Shown here: positions 1 through 11,729 of the stretch, piece by piece
How positions within the stretch are numbered: the first letter of the stretch is position 1
How the letters are laid out: every line of letters starts with the position of its first letter
From: a virus
Lineage: Duplodnaviria > Caudoviricetes
DNA: 64,000 bases
Strand: one strand, 5' to 3'
Virus record (IMG/VR): IMGVR_UViG_3300021400_001287
Location: 27,209 to 91,208 of that record
Program-made: the position numbers and the translations under genes
Notes under the pieces: model-generated
Told to the model about the DNA's origin: nothing
The model's database searches: none
The model's input: only the letters and a program-made list of their open reading frames with translations

Positions 1-445
1 GATGCCCGTATTCATACGGCTGAATGACTTGATCGTAGGGCGGCAGTCCAACGAGTTTCAGCGGTGTCGGATTCTCGATACAAATTCTCGGGCAGTCCGC
101 ATTGTATATTGCCATGAAGAACGCCTTCACTTCCATGGCTTTCGCGTATCGTTCCGGCTGAATTTCTCCCTTCACCCGCATTCGCACAGCCGACGAGTTT
201 GCCATGTAGGTGCAGGGCGGATGGGCAATGATCAAATCCCAGGTGCCGTCGATGATCACGCGTTCGCCAGTCATCGTGGTGAACGAGCAGTTCCCGTTTA
301 TGATCGGCAAAACGTCGCCGAGAATGTGCCATTCCGGATGACCGCCGCTGGGTTCCTGCATGTCGCAACTGTACGCTTCATGACCGCGTTCCCGCATGGC
401 GATGCACACCGCTTGGCTCTCTTCACAAGCAACCAGAACTCTCAT
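1..445 (-). CDS. C5-cytosine DNA methyltransferase, phage type (3' end runs off the window)
   Basis: Not in the ORF track; translated by hand from ATG 445: MRVLVACEESQAVC...WDLIIAHPPCTY...CIENP...IQPYEYGH, which contains the catalytic PC motif and the ENP motif. Confidence 0.85.
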   Translation of the reverse strand, partial: MRVLVACEESQAVCIAMRERGHEAYSCDMQEPSGGHPEWHILGDVLPIINGNCSFTTMTGERVIIDGTWDLIIAHPPCTYMANSSAVRMRVKGEIQPERYAKAMEVKAFFMAIYNADCPRICIENPTPLKLVGLPPYDQVIQPYEYGH

Positions 446-671
446 TCAAACGTCCTCCTGTGCAGGATCGTGTCGCCACTGTCTTCATCCTTTTCCCAGT
501 CGCGCTCGATCAACTGGATTTCCGTGTAAATTTCGGCGTTGCGTTCATTGAACAAGTTGTACATACGCACCGCATCGCTGTATTCGCCATATTCATAGAG
601 CTCCACACCTCCGTCACGACGGGCAAAGCGGACAAGCCACGATATATTAGGTAACATCAAACCATCTCCTC

Positions 672-1451
672 TCAATAGTCGACAGCTTCTTGGCGGGTGA
701 TAAAGAAATGGATTCCCGGTGCGCATTCGTGTGTGCGGTCGGTGTCGAAATTATCAACGCTCACCGTTTCGCCAACGCGGTAATAGAAATTTGAGTCATA
801 TTGGCTTACAGCCAAATCAATTTCGGAGCTGCTTCCGTCAAGGCTTTCGATGGCAAGCACAACGGCTTTGTCACACCGGCACTTTCTGCCAAACGCACTG
901 GAACGACGGGCATCTTCCGGGATTTGTAGTTTTACAATCACTCGTCTCAAAGAATTGCTGTCTAAAATAGCATGTGCCACCTTCCAGCCAACAAATGCGC
1001 CGGATTCCGGGCAAGCAAGCGGGAAAAACTTTGCGACCAGTTCGGGCGGCAGGTCGGCTCCGTACAGGTCGGCTCCGCGCAGGTCGGCTCCGCGCAGGTT
1101 GGCTTCGTACAGGTCGGCTCCGCGCAGGTTGGCTCCGTACAGGTTGGCTTCGCGCAGGTTGGCTCCGCGCAGGTTGGCTTCGTACAGGTCGGCTCCGCGC
1201 AGGTCGGCTTCGTACAGGTTGGCTCCGCGCAGGTCGGCTCCGTACAGGTTGGCTTCGTACAGGTCGGCTCCGCGCAGGTCGGCTCCGTACAGGTCGGCTC
1301 CGCGCAGGTTGGCTTCGCGCAGGTTGGCTCCGTACAGGTTGGCTTCGTACAGGTCGGCTTCGTACAGGTCGGCTCTTTCGCCGCCGTCCTCGTTGTTCAA
1401 CCATTTCAAATGCTTTTCCAGAATTCCCTTCAGTGTATCCAAATTCATCAT
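672..1451 (-). CDS. Pentapeptide-repeat protein with a C-terminal DUF5758-like domain
   Basis: About 21 A(D/N)Lxx repeats followed by 'FVGWK...[25 protein letters not shown]...[15 protein letters not shown]'. Confidence 0.9.
   Translation of the reverse strand: MMNLDTLKGILEKHLKWLNNEDGGERADLYEADLYEANLYGANLREANLRGADLYGADLRGADLYEANLYGADLRGANLYEADLRGADLYEANLRGANLREANLYGANLRGADLYEANLRGADLRGADLYGADLPPELVAKFFPLACPESGAFVGWKVAHAILDSNSLRRVIVKLQIPEDARRSSAFGRKCRCDKAVVLAIESLDGSSSEIDLAVSQYDSNFYYRVGETVSVDNFDTDRTHECAPGIHFFITRQEAVDY
1051..1372. repeat. 15-bp coding tandem repeat (pentapeptide array)
   Basis: The unit AGGT(C/T)GGCT(C/T)CG(TA/CG)C is repeated about 21 times. Confidence 0.95.
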
Positions 1452-4361
1452 TCAGATCATCTCCTTCCAATTAATGTCGTTCTCGTTTGCGTATTCCGCC
1501 ATCATGTCTATTGCCGACTCGTCGAATTCGTATTCGCAGTGAGCGTTGAGACTGGCGAAGAGCAATTCCCGCTGGTGATCGGTGAGCGGGATCTCATATT
1601 CGCGAGCTTCTTCCGTCTGCCCACGATCGCCGACATACTCGAATGTGATGCAATTCTCGCATCCCGGCCAGACGCCATATAACGTGACGAAGAAGCGATA
1701 GTAGCCCTCGCTATCGAATTCCCCCGACTCGTCGAAGCAGGGCAGATGTCTATCCCGTTTACGTATCTCATCCGCCATTCGGTTCAGCGGCTCCGTATCG
1801 AACAATTCCAATGTGAGCGTGGGGGAGACGATAGGGAAACTGTCAAATATCTGACTATAGGACAGCCACGGTTCGGTTTCACGGACGGGTTTCAGATTGA
1901 GCACTTCGTTGTCAGTCAGCATTGATAACCACCTCCATCAAGTCGTTCGGGTTGAATTCCGGCCACGTCACTTCCGGTGTGTACGTTGCCATCTTGCCAT
2001 TCTGGAAATAGTCGCGGCTCTCGTCTTCAACATAGCCATTGGAATAGTCAACTTCAATGAGCGCTTCCGGGAATTCCGTTGACAAGTCAATGAGTTCGTT
2101 GAGCGAGATGCTCCAGTTGACATCGTTGACGCCATCGAAGTGCAACACGCCGCTCTCAACGGTGTAGCCCATCGCAAATGCCCATCTCAAATCCCCGTCA
2201 TGCTCTTCGTAAATCCAGCGCTGAACCGCATTCCACTTTCCTCGGGGCAAATTGCTGATGGTCATGTAGGCATGCATGTAATTGCTCACTCAAAATCCCT
2301 CCGATCAAAAATTCTCGTTATGAATGACACAAACTCCAGATTATTCATTCTATGCGGCAACATGTGTCTCAGATTGTGTCGATTTGCTCTCATTTTCTCC
2401 GTCAACTTTTTCCACCAGACCGCCGCTCATGTCAAATAAACTCATCTTATCGAATTTCCAGTCATAGTACGGGCGGAGGGAGATGGGCGGCATGTATACA
2501 TCCAATTCTGCAAGTTTATACACAGCAACTTGCAAATGGATTCCGTCTTCATGAAAACGTTTCATCAGCCGACGGATTCCGTAGATGTTGAACACAGCCG
2601 AGTGAGTGTCGCCATTCTCATTCCATCTCGTCAGATACTTCTTCATCGTCTCTCCTCCATTCTCCGGTAAACACCGTGATCGTGCATCCATCCGACGAGA
2701 CATATTCCACATTCGGGTATTCCCGGATGATCTGCTTCTTCTGTTCCGGGTAGCTGATGTCAAAGTTGCGCTTGATATGGTAGATTCTCATTCAAAAATC
2801 AGTCCTTTCAATTCACAGTTGCGATAGAGCCATGTTCCAGCGTCATAGGCTGGCACTTGGTAAAACTTTGCCGGGCGGATAGCGTCACTTGCGTAATAAA
2901 CAAACGCTTGATCATATTTTCTGCGATCGCGTTCCCGCCGAGCACGATATTCTGCTTCACGACGAGTGCAACGTTCAAAATGCTGCGACACCAGCCAAGA
3001 TATGTCGGCTTTGTTATCCGCCCAAGCTAAGTCATAAACGTTGGAAAAGTCTCCCCAACGGATGAAGTACGTCTTCATTTCAAAGCCTCCTTAATCCGTA
3101 ATTCTCCAGTAGTAGTCCAGCTCTTCGCCCTTCAAATGCGTTTCCGCGTAGTCTCTGGCCTCTTCCCACAACTTGCTATAGACACGGGCAATTTCCGCGT
3201 GATCTCCGCCATCATCATACCATTGCCATATCTTGTGGTTCAGCACCATGACCAGCTCGGTCAGGTATTTGTAGTCGGTTTTCCATTCTCCGAACGCCCG
3301 CTTATATGTGTCTTTGATAGCCGGGATGCCGCCGCATTTTTCTGCGATGGTGAAGTCAGTCCAGAACGTGGTGAAGCACTCGTAATCAAACAGTTTCATA
3401 ATTCCACCTCCACAATTCTCCAATCGTTGCAGTCATAACAAGCGCACATTCGCTCCCGGCTGATCACTGCGCTATACGACTCGTTCGCCCACTCGTCCCG
3501 CCCATCATAGTCCCAGCATTCATCAGCGAACAATTCCTGCATGTGAGCAAACGCTGCTACAGGCGTGTCATGCACACCATCCAACCCCAAGCCATTCTCG
3601 GTATCAGAAATCAGAATGTACTTTTTCATCCTCACCCTCCATTCTCAGCGCCACATAGCCGTTTCCCAGCAGTCACGCCGCATTCACCCCCTCTTGAATT
3701 GAATCCCAGTCTGTGTCGCTCATTGCGCCCATGCTGTGCATCTCATACAACTCAAACCAACACTGAGCCAAGTACAACTCATCATGCCAGTCGGCGTACA
3801 GTTCATCGAATGGAACAATGTGTGTGGTGTCGCAGTTGATGATGAAGCGGCGCAATTCCCCGAACGGGACAGTCATTCCGCGATTGGTAATTTCATCGGC
3901 AACGAAGACGCCGAACGAGAACAGATGCTCACCATGCATTCCAGACGCGGCAGCTTTGCAACAGTCATTCCACTGGGCGATGAGCAGACGGTCGGGCAGG
4001 TAGCGAACGAGTGACTTGTGCCAAATTTTCATTGTCAGCCTCCATTCAACTCTTAAAGACAATTCCAAATTTCTGATAGTGTTTACGATAACTTTACCAT
4101 TCTCCGGTGTACTCGCCATTCCGTCTGGCTTTCTGGTATGCGGCATTCCGTGTCGGGGACGGTGTCGAGACGTACTGGATCCCAGCATTCGTCCGCCCGG
4201 CAAACCATTGCCCACCATCCTTCGGACTGTCAGCGCCGATGGAGTACACATGCCCGTCATCGAAAGAGAAGGCGTACCAGCCCTCGCCGATCTTCTTGAT
4301 AGCAGTCTTGAAATTGGATTCCAGCATATTGCCTACCTCACTCTTCGGTAGTTCGCTACGC

Positions 4362-5120
4362 TCACTTCATAAGTTCTGCGATGTCGAACGGGCCATTGCA
4401 GTAGCAATTCATGCACGTTGCGCATTTCCGGCCACCGCAGTTGATCTCAACACCGTTCATTTCCGCGTACTCTTTGGTGTACACAGTGAACCGATGATCG
4501 ACGACGGGCATCCACTCTTCCGGGATGTCAACGGGGTGGTTGGTATACAGAGAAGAGACGATGAACTTCATGTTCTCGGGCTTTCCGTATTCCAGCTCGA
4601 ATGCGTGCATCCAGATATTCACGTTCTTCGTCCAAACGGCAAACTGAATGTGCGGATGACTACGAATGATGCGGAGATAATTCCGCGCACAAGTGATGGA
4701 CGCAACATCGCCGAAGGACTCGACACGGGCATAGCCGTTCGACGTCGGCCAGGACAGAATTTTCCACGAATCTTCCGAGATGAGAAAGCCGTTGAGAATC
4801 CGGTAATTCGTTTCCAGCGCTTGCGTCAGTTCCGAATATCTGGATGCAGTCGTTGCCGCGTAGCAATGGTGACAGATGCTGTCCGGGTCTTTTGCTCTCT
4901 GCTGGCAGATGGGATTCATCAGCACAGAAGTCGACACCGACCAGAAGCCCTCCAATTTCCCGGACATGGCCGACACATTCACCGCTTGCACCAGCCGCAA
5001 TTCGTCCAAGATGGACTTGCATCCCAAAGAAATAAGCGCCATCCGTTCAAGATAGCGCTTGTTGTCCTTGGCGTGATCCCGCCATTCAGAATAGTTGGTT
5101 TCCCCGTTGATGAATTTCAT
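4362..5120 (-). CDS. Gp88-like Cys-rich protein (radical-SAM-like fold)
   Basis: 'KLEGFWSVSTS...NPICQQR...SICHHCYA', 'RVESFGD', 'FAVWTKN', and C-terminal 'NCGGRKCATCMNCY'. Confidence 0.6.
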   Translation of the reverse strand: MKFINGETNYSEWRDHAKDNKRYLERMALISLGCKSILDELRLVQAVNVSAMSGKLEGFWSVSTSVLMNPICQQRAKDPDSICHHCYAATTASRYSELTQALETNYRILNGFLISEDSWKILSWPTSNGYARVESFGDVASITCARNYLRIIRSHPHIQFAVWTKNVNIWMHAFELEYGKPENMKFIVSSLYTNHPVDIPEEWMPVVDHRFTVYTKEYAEMNGVEINCGGRKCATCMNCYCNGPFDIAELMK

Positions 5121-5170
5121 TTCAGTACCTCCAATATCAAAGTCAGTCAAATTCCGGGCAAAAAAAGTCG

Positions 5171-5683
5171 TTAAGCGGATTCAAGAATCTTGGCAACAGC
5201 GGGAATGGGGTTTCCTGCATCGCGTTCGGGCTGATTCTTACGAGCAACGAAACGGAAATGGCGCTTTGCACCAGCAACACGCATAGATGCCAGTGTCGTT
5301 TCGTCGGGCTGTTTGCCGACATATTTCAAGACGGTCATATAAGTGAACCCCGTCTTTTTAGCAATTTCCACATTACTATATCCGAGTCCCCGCAATTCCA
5401 GCATGATCGGAATATAATACGCCCGTCTCTGTTCGGCACGTTCACGATTAAGTCTCTGGTTGAGTTCCCGCATGCACTTTCTCCGTAGCTCCGCACTGTT
5501 CTTCGTGTGCATGGAGATTGTGTTCACGCTCACCCCAAACATTTTCCCGATCTGTTCGCATGTCATACCATTATCACGGAGAGTCTGCCAGGCTTTGTAT
5601 TTCTGTTCTTTCGGGTCGGTGTCGTTGGGCAGCACGATAACGGGAGTGGACACAAACTGAGACTTCTTGATGATCTTTTCCAT
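5171..5683 (-). CDS. Double-HTH DNA-binding protein
   Basis: Two HTH-like segments: 'GMTCEQIGKMFGVSVNTIS' and 'GYSNVEIAKKTGFTYMTV'. Confidence 0.7.
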   Translation of the reverse strand: MEKIIKKSQFVSTPVIVLPNDTDPKEQKYKAWQTLRDNGMTCEQIGKMFGVSVNTISMHTKNSAELRRKCMRELNQRLNRERAEQRRAYYIPIMLELRGLGYSNVEIAKKTGFTYMTVLKYVGKQPDETTLASMRVAGAKRHFRFVARKNQPERDAGNPIPAVAKILESA

Positions 5684-8610
5684 GATGATACCTCACTTTC
5701 AAATTCTCGTATTCAGATAGACAACATAGGTTTTATAGCAAAACTCATTCGCCACTCATTTCAACATACATGCGACGCTTTCCGTCAGCTGAAGCACGAC
5801 AGATTCCCTCCCCACACAATTTTCTTGCATTTGAGTTTAAATTGCTTGCGATATCTCTGTTTCGCTTCACGAACCGAGTAGTCCATGTAGGTGATAGTGT
5901 CGAATTCCCCGACACGAATCTGGAATCCCAGATTGCAGCGCATGATTGTTCCATACAGCATGAATTACAACTCCTTTCATCGACTGAGCATGTCGTAGAC
6001 TTTTGGCGTCTCATAGCGGAGCATTCCGCCATCCCACATGGGGGAGAGATAGCCGTCAACCATAGGCTGGTTGTCCAATTCCGCACGGCGAACCCATGCG
6101 CCGCGCTTGCGTTCCGCAGTGAGATCGGCAGTATGTTTGCCATTGCACCACGCAGCTTCAACTTCCGAGACGGGCATAATCTGACCGTCCAACTTTCCGC
6201 CAACAAACTGTGCCATCATCATAAGTCACACCTCCACCCACTCATTGATCGTGTCTGACACATTCCCGTATTCCCGCATGATTTCTACAATTCTCCTCAA
6301 ATCTTTGCGGGGGATGGGGAAGTAGAGCCAACCATGCCCATACTCATAATCTTTGCCGTCCCAGATAGTTTTGCGCAGACCAATGGAGTCCAGATATTCG
6401 CAGACCGCTTTATACTCATACCGATTCCCGGCAGATTCCCACTTGCGAACCATGTATTCCTGTCTCGGAGTACCCGCATGCATCGTATTGAGATGGTACT
6501 TACGCCACAGTTCCCGGATTTCCGCAAACAGCGGACTCTTGATCGGCATATCTTCCAGACACTGACCACCCATGACAATATCGGAATGAATGTTATTCCA
6601 CACATTGCCACACACTGAGAATTCCAGACGGCGCGGCGTATATTTCCCGGTATACACGCGCTCTTTGCCGTTCATCGTGAACGTAGGTTCGCCACCAATG
6701 ACACGCAGTTCCATTTCCACATCGCAAGCATTGATGCGTCGAGTTCCATAGAGAGCGACTTTCCCGAAATTGATCTTTGCACGTCCGATAACATTGTTCT
6801 TCATAATTCACACCTCCAAATTATTCTGATTGGCAATTTTCGACACCAAATGGGACACCAAATCCCGGTATTCATCGTTCGCCGCGGCAATGGCTTCCCG
6901 CTCAGCTTTGGCAGATTTCCGGGAACATTCGTGAATGCAGAGCTTAGTTCCCGAAAACGCAATGAAGCTGACCATGTTCCGCTCCACCGTGATCGGGCAA
7001 ATGCGGACGTAATACCCACGGGATTCCTGCTTGCAGGTGAAGCAATTCCACCCGCCTTTGCTGTAATATAGTTCAACCTCGATGAATTTCCCGGCAATGT
7101 TCGTCGGGATACGACGGGCTTCCAGTTTCTCGAATTTGATTTCAGTCATTCCAATTTCCTCCATTCAAAATGCTTCGTGAGTATAGATATTGCCGTCAAG
7201 CTGGATTTCCACGACACCATCCAAATACACAGAGACAGTGCTGTCCTCCATCGCATGACGAATCCCGCCACACCAGCCGAGATAAATTCCCAGCATGAAA
7301 AGCAGGACGACGCCGGACATGAGCAGCTACTTACGCATATTAGAGCACCTCGCAATCGTCGAAGTCGAGAATTCCCAGATGGCGCAATTCCCAGACGAAA
7401 GCGCCGTTGCACTTCGCGCCATTCGGCAGAGCGTAGACGATTTCCGTGTGCAACTGGGGCGGGACGTGATACTGGGTCGAAGTTGTGTAATACATCCAAA
7501 ATTCCTCCATTCAATTCTACAATTATAGTTGGCAACACCAACTATTAAGCCAAGAAAAACTTGAGCTCGCCGTCGTTGTTGAGCCAGCGAATCCCGCAAT
7601 CGAAATTGCGTTCATCCGTGATGCGGTACTCGTTGCCGTTGACGTGTTCGATAGTGAACAGCTTCCCGTGAATGACGACGACCGACTTCTTACCGGTTAC
7701 AGCTTCCCGAATTTTCCCGGTAATGAACGCGAAGATAGCATTTGCCATGATAGTACCTCGACTTTCTCCCATTTAACGCATGAGTGCAATATTGCCGGAT
7801 TCCAGCTCGTGCGCTGGTTTCCCGACATAGAGCGGGGATTTCCCCGCATTAAAATTCGTCGTCGTCGCGATAGTAGTCGGCACACATGTTCTCCCACTCT
7901 TCCGCACACAGAATATCGTATCCTGTGGCGTCATAGATCAAACGGAGCCTGTCGCCCCATGGGATGTCTGAGCCCTTTTCCGACATGGAGAGCATATCAC
8001 CCCATGCGGCAGAATAGATCAACGTATCACCCATGTAGACACGGGCGGCAATGCGGTTTCCAAAATCCCCGCATGACGTGTCGTCAATGACGACACAGAT
8101 TCCGTCATCAAAATCGATGATGATATGGGGCTGATAATAGCCACCACCGTCGTGGCAATTTTCCGGATCGTAGTATTCATTCATGTTGGTTTCCGCGATG
8201 TTGATAATCTTCATGTTGACCACCTTTCCGCCATTTCTCGCATGGCTGCAATATTAGCCGGATATGGGTTCACGCGCCCATTTCCCGACATAAAATCCCC
8301 GCATAGAACTTATATGCGGGTTGGTTGGTTTAGATAGCTCGACCAGTGGCTTCCGCGAAGGCTATATCACGACGGCTATTCTCATGGCTAACAGTTTCCC
8401 CGTCAGAGAAGAAGATAGCCGCATGGGGATAGGTTTTCCGCACGTGCTCCACGTGCTGGGGGCGGACTTCCGCGAAGGTGGCAGTTTCGCCGACAATCTT
8501 CTCGCCGTCCCACACCCAGTCGCAGAAGTACTCGTATCCGCGTTTCCGCAGATAGGTGAATGCCTTATCGTACTCTGTTTTATTAAATTCCATGCTTATA
8601 CCTCCATAAG

Positions 8611-8664
8611 AAAAAGCCCTGCATTTTGCAGGGCATAGAAAAAAGGCATGGTTTACCCATGCCT
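8611..8664 (-). terminator. Two tandem intrinsic terminators
   Basis: On the minus strand: GGCATGG-gtaaa-CCATGCC-TTTTTT, then GCCCTGC-aaaat-GCAGGGC-TTTT. Confidence 0.7.
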
Positions 8665-9158
8665 TAAATCTTCAGAAACGTGTAGTAATAACCCTCTTGC
8701 GTGTACCGGCGATTACCGATAACACACCCGTCGACAACAGACCTATCGGTCATAGTGGTATCGCGTTGAGGCTTACTTCGACGCCTGTCGAAAGTTTGTG
8801 GTCTTCTATCATGCGGCCCCATGGTATCAGCGTCACTATTTGACGCGCGATAAACAGGCGCATGTATCCGGTCGATAGGCAAACTATCCGCATATCTTGC
8901 GAACGTTCGCCCGATAGAAGAAGTCGCCGCGTCTACTGTAAAAGAGTAAACTTCACCTGTTTCAACATCCATTGCGTTGACACGAAAAGACGTATACGCG
9001 CACACACGCGGATCGTTCACCCACAAAAAACGGGCGCACTTATCGCGTGTTACTTGCTTGCCATAAATTGCAAATTTAGGCAAGCGCACACGCCCAGCGT
9101 CAAGCGAGTGACTGAATGAAACAGCTTGCTTCAATTCAAGCACACTTAACACCTCCAT
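8664..9158 (-). CDS. Hypothetical early protein
   Basis: 164-aa ORF followed by terminators; the true start may be a few codons downstream (GGAGG overlaps the first codons). Confidence 0.65.
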   Translation of the reverse strand: MEVLSVLELKQAVSFSHSLDAGRVRLPKFAIYGKQVTRDKCARFLWVNDPRVCAYTSFRVNAMDVETGEVYSFTVDAATSSIGRTFARYADSLPIDRIHAPVYRASNSDADTMGPHDRRPQTFDRRRSKPQRDTTMTDRSVVDGCVIGNRRYTQEGYYYTFLKI

Positions 9159-9201
9159 AATAATTTCAATCGGTTTATATGGGCACTCTCAAGTCCACCT
9201 A

Positions 9202-9972
9202 TTACTTGTTATTGGTCTCATTGCGTGCCTGCAAAACTTCGATAATGCACAACACACACTCGTTCATGACTTGCCTGCTTTTTGCGTCCTGTTTTTGCGC
9301 GTATCCATCGCGGAAAACATGACGCCCATTCGCGGCGCTTATCACGTCTTTAATCATGCCGTTGTTGATATTGCAGGAATATGGCAAAATGCCGTCTTTG
9401 TCGGATTCAGTCCACCAAGCTTTTACAAAGTCCAACATCGCGTCTTTTGTTTCCTTTGCTTTGCCTGTTTTCGCAGTCTTATACATTGTCTCAATGTAAG
9501 ACTGACAATTAGTTGTCTTGTCTCCATGGATAACGGCAACAATAACACTAACAGTCATGGCAGCAGGTTTCGCAATGGGCTTCAACATATCACGCAATGC
9601 AATAGCACGATTTTTCGCCGCTTGAAAACCATCCTCAGCGCGTTTCACGGTTTCGGGCGTCAGGCCCTTTGTCGCTTCCTTCTTATCGTCGGCGCTAACA
9701 TTGCTCATATCGGCAATGAGTTTTTCAACTGCTTTTAATTCAGCGTTGTACCATTCGCCTTTAATCGCGGCGTCAAACTTTGCCGTATCCGTATGAGTGA
9801 CGGGAGCAAAGGGCTTTTCACTCTTTGCCACCGCGCCGAAAACGTCGAATTTGTACAGACGCTTGCTATTCACAAGCCATTCGGCCGTAAGCGTGCGCGG
9901 CGTTTCGCCTTTAATGGTTTCGACAAAAGCAGGATTTAGGGACGCGCTAACAAAAGTTTCGTAGTTTTTCAT
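9202..9972 (-). CDS. Hypothetical protein, first gene of the leftward early transcript
   Basis: RBS GAAAGAGAGG before ATG 9972 (MKNYETF...); K/A-rich. Confidence 0.75.
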   Translation of the reverse strand: MKNYETFVSASLNPAFVETIKGETPRTLTAEWLVNSKRLYKFDVFGAVAKSEKPFAPVTHTDTAKFDAAIKGEWYNAELKAVEKLIADMSNVSADDKKEATKGLTPETVKRAEDGFQAAKNRAIALRDMLKPIAKPAAMTVSVIVAVIHGDKTTNCQSYIETMYKTAKTGKAKETKDAMLDFVKAWWTESDKDGILPYSCNINNGMIKDVISAANGRHVFRDGYAQKQDAKSRQVMNECVLCIIEVLQARNETNNK

Positions 9973-10278
9973 GGTACTAACCTCTCTTTCATCTTGTAAA
10001 AACTTGTTCGCTGTGTTACAATAATGGAGAGTGCCCATAAAAACCGATTGATTGACAATTCGCACACATGGGCAAACTGTCGTTAATTGGTCTAACGTCC
10101 ATACGGCTTCACGGTTTGCTATTCGCCGCGCTTGCACTCGTGCAAGATTGCGTCAACTCGTGACGCTCGTTGCGCCTTGCTTGCCGGTTCGCCGTGTGGT
10201 TAAGTTGTCAAGGTTCATTGTCGGTCGTTCGTGTTCGGTCTGTCGGTCGGTCGTGCTCTCTTTCCTGTTGACGGTTAT

Positions 10279-10307
10279 AGGATAACACATTGTACAATGG
10301 TTGTCAA
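10279..10307 (-). promoter_or_regulatory. SigmaA-type leftward early promoter with a palindromic operator in the spacer
   Basis: TTGACA-17 bp-TATCCT with a TGn extended -10; the spacer contains the perfect palindrome CATTGTACAATG (10288-10299). Confidence 0.75.
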
Positions 10308-10383
10308 TTACAGAAGTATGAACAAATTGTTACAAAAGTATTTCAGATAAAGAACATGTGTTCATTGTAAAGGATGTGTAAAG

Positions 10384-10593
10384 ATGGAAAACAATAAACA
10401 GAATAGCAAGTATGAAAAAATAGAATACAACAATGAATATAATAAAACGCATTACCAACAAATAAAATTTTTAGCACCAATTGAAAAACAATTTAATTAT
10501 CGTTTAAAAGTGTTATCTATTGGAACACACAAGAGTAAAAACCAATTATTGATAGAAGCTGTTGAAATGTTACTTGAAAAGTATGACGCATGA
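10384..10593 (+). CDS. Small ribbon-helix-helix-like regulator
   Basis: 69 aa, 'YNNEYNKTHYQQIKF...KSKNQLLIEAVEMLLEKY'; divergent from the early promoter. Confidence 0.6.
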   Translation: MENNKQNSKYEKIEYNNEYNKTHYQQIKFLAPIEKQFNYRLKVLSIGTHKSKNQLLIEAVEMLLEKYDA

Positions 10594-10862
10594 TACATTG
10601 CTATTCATTGCATAGTCTATCTCATTTCAATCTACAATGATAATAAAACATTGCATAATGTCGATAGAATTATATTACATCGCTCATTCTATAAACGCAA
10701 ACAATTATAAATGCGCCAGGTTTTCAATGTTTGCTCATATGCGCGCGCGTAATATAATCGGAAGCGATTCAGCCGGGAGACAAAAACACGACACATTGAC
10801 AATATTGCAATGTGATACACAACAGATAATAAATGCAGTGGATTGATGAAAGCCAGGAACGG

Positions 10863-11729
10863 AGACACTTTAGCATACTAAAGCGACACTAACTATATTT
10901 CATCGAATGCGGCAATATGCTATCACTGCAATTATGCAATAAATAATGGCAATGATAGACAAAATAACATGAACACAATAGACGATGAATTAGTGATAGA
11001 TGAATGAATAGATAATGAGTGAAGAAGTAGTGTAGACACTTTAGTATGATAAAGTGACACTAACTACTTTTCAAAGAATGGGATAGAATGTAATGTCAAT
11101 GAATTACAGAAAATAGTATGGATGAATAGAACATCTAGTATTAGATACTAGATATATGAGTATGTTACTACAAAAAGAGATAGTAGCATAAAGACTAAAC
11201 AAATAAGTTAAGTGTTAACGGACTAAACAAAAAGAGTAAAGAGACTAAACAAATATGCTAAGTTGAAAAGACTAAACATAAAAGCTAAGTCGACACTAAA
11301 CAAGTTTGTTTAACTATGGTATATAGCAAATATGTTTAGAGTGGTGGATATAGCAAATTAGTTAAGTGAAGCGAATATGCTAAGAGTGGGGAAGTAAAGC
11401 AAATGTGTTTAGTATTCTGACACGATGTCAGTATAGCAATTCTGCTTAGCATCCCTACTTAGCAAATATGCTTAGAAAATACACAAAACAATGTCAACTA
11501 GTTTTTGATACTAGCTGCACCAAACTTACTGTTTTGTGTAGTTTACGTTTACAAACCATCCCAAACCCCAGCCGACCCTATGCCTATCTCTTTCCCACTC
11601 TCTTCCACTCACCTTCCTCCTTCCACTTTTCTCACTTCATTGCCCATCATCTCTCATATTGCCATCCACTCAGATAAATGAGTTTTCAAAGGAAAGGGTT
11701 AGTGTCGACTTTAGTATGCTAAAGCGACT
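10863..11729. repeat. Repeat-rich AT-rich non-coding region (origin or packaging/terminus candidate)
   Basis: 47-bp direct repeat (10863-10909 and 11034-11080), an inverted partial copy (11698-11729), and five ACTAAACA copies at ~11194-11302. Confidence 0.7.

Larger units (their letters stand above)
1452..8593 (-). other. Cluster of about 20 short, tightly packed leftward early/host-takeover hypothetical genes
   Basis: Abutting or overlapping ORFs (e.g. 1452-1922, 1912-2289, 2788-3078, 3091-3399, 4094-4327, 6226-6804, 7849-8223, 8330-8593), most with a GGAGG-like RBS; no internal TAGs seen. Confidence 0.8.

Noticed and set aside
2-529. ORF-track calls 2-529(+) and 12-368(-)
   Set aside because: The real gene is the methyltransferase in another minus-strand frame (start 445) running off the edge.
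850-1682. Several long overlapping repetitive ORFs, or a CRISPR-like array
   Set aside because: These are shadows of the stop-free 15-bp pentapeptide repeat; there are no unique spacers.
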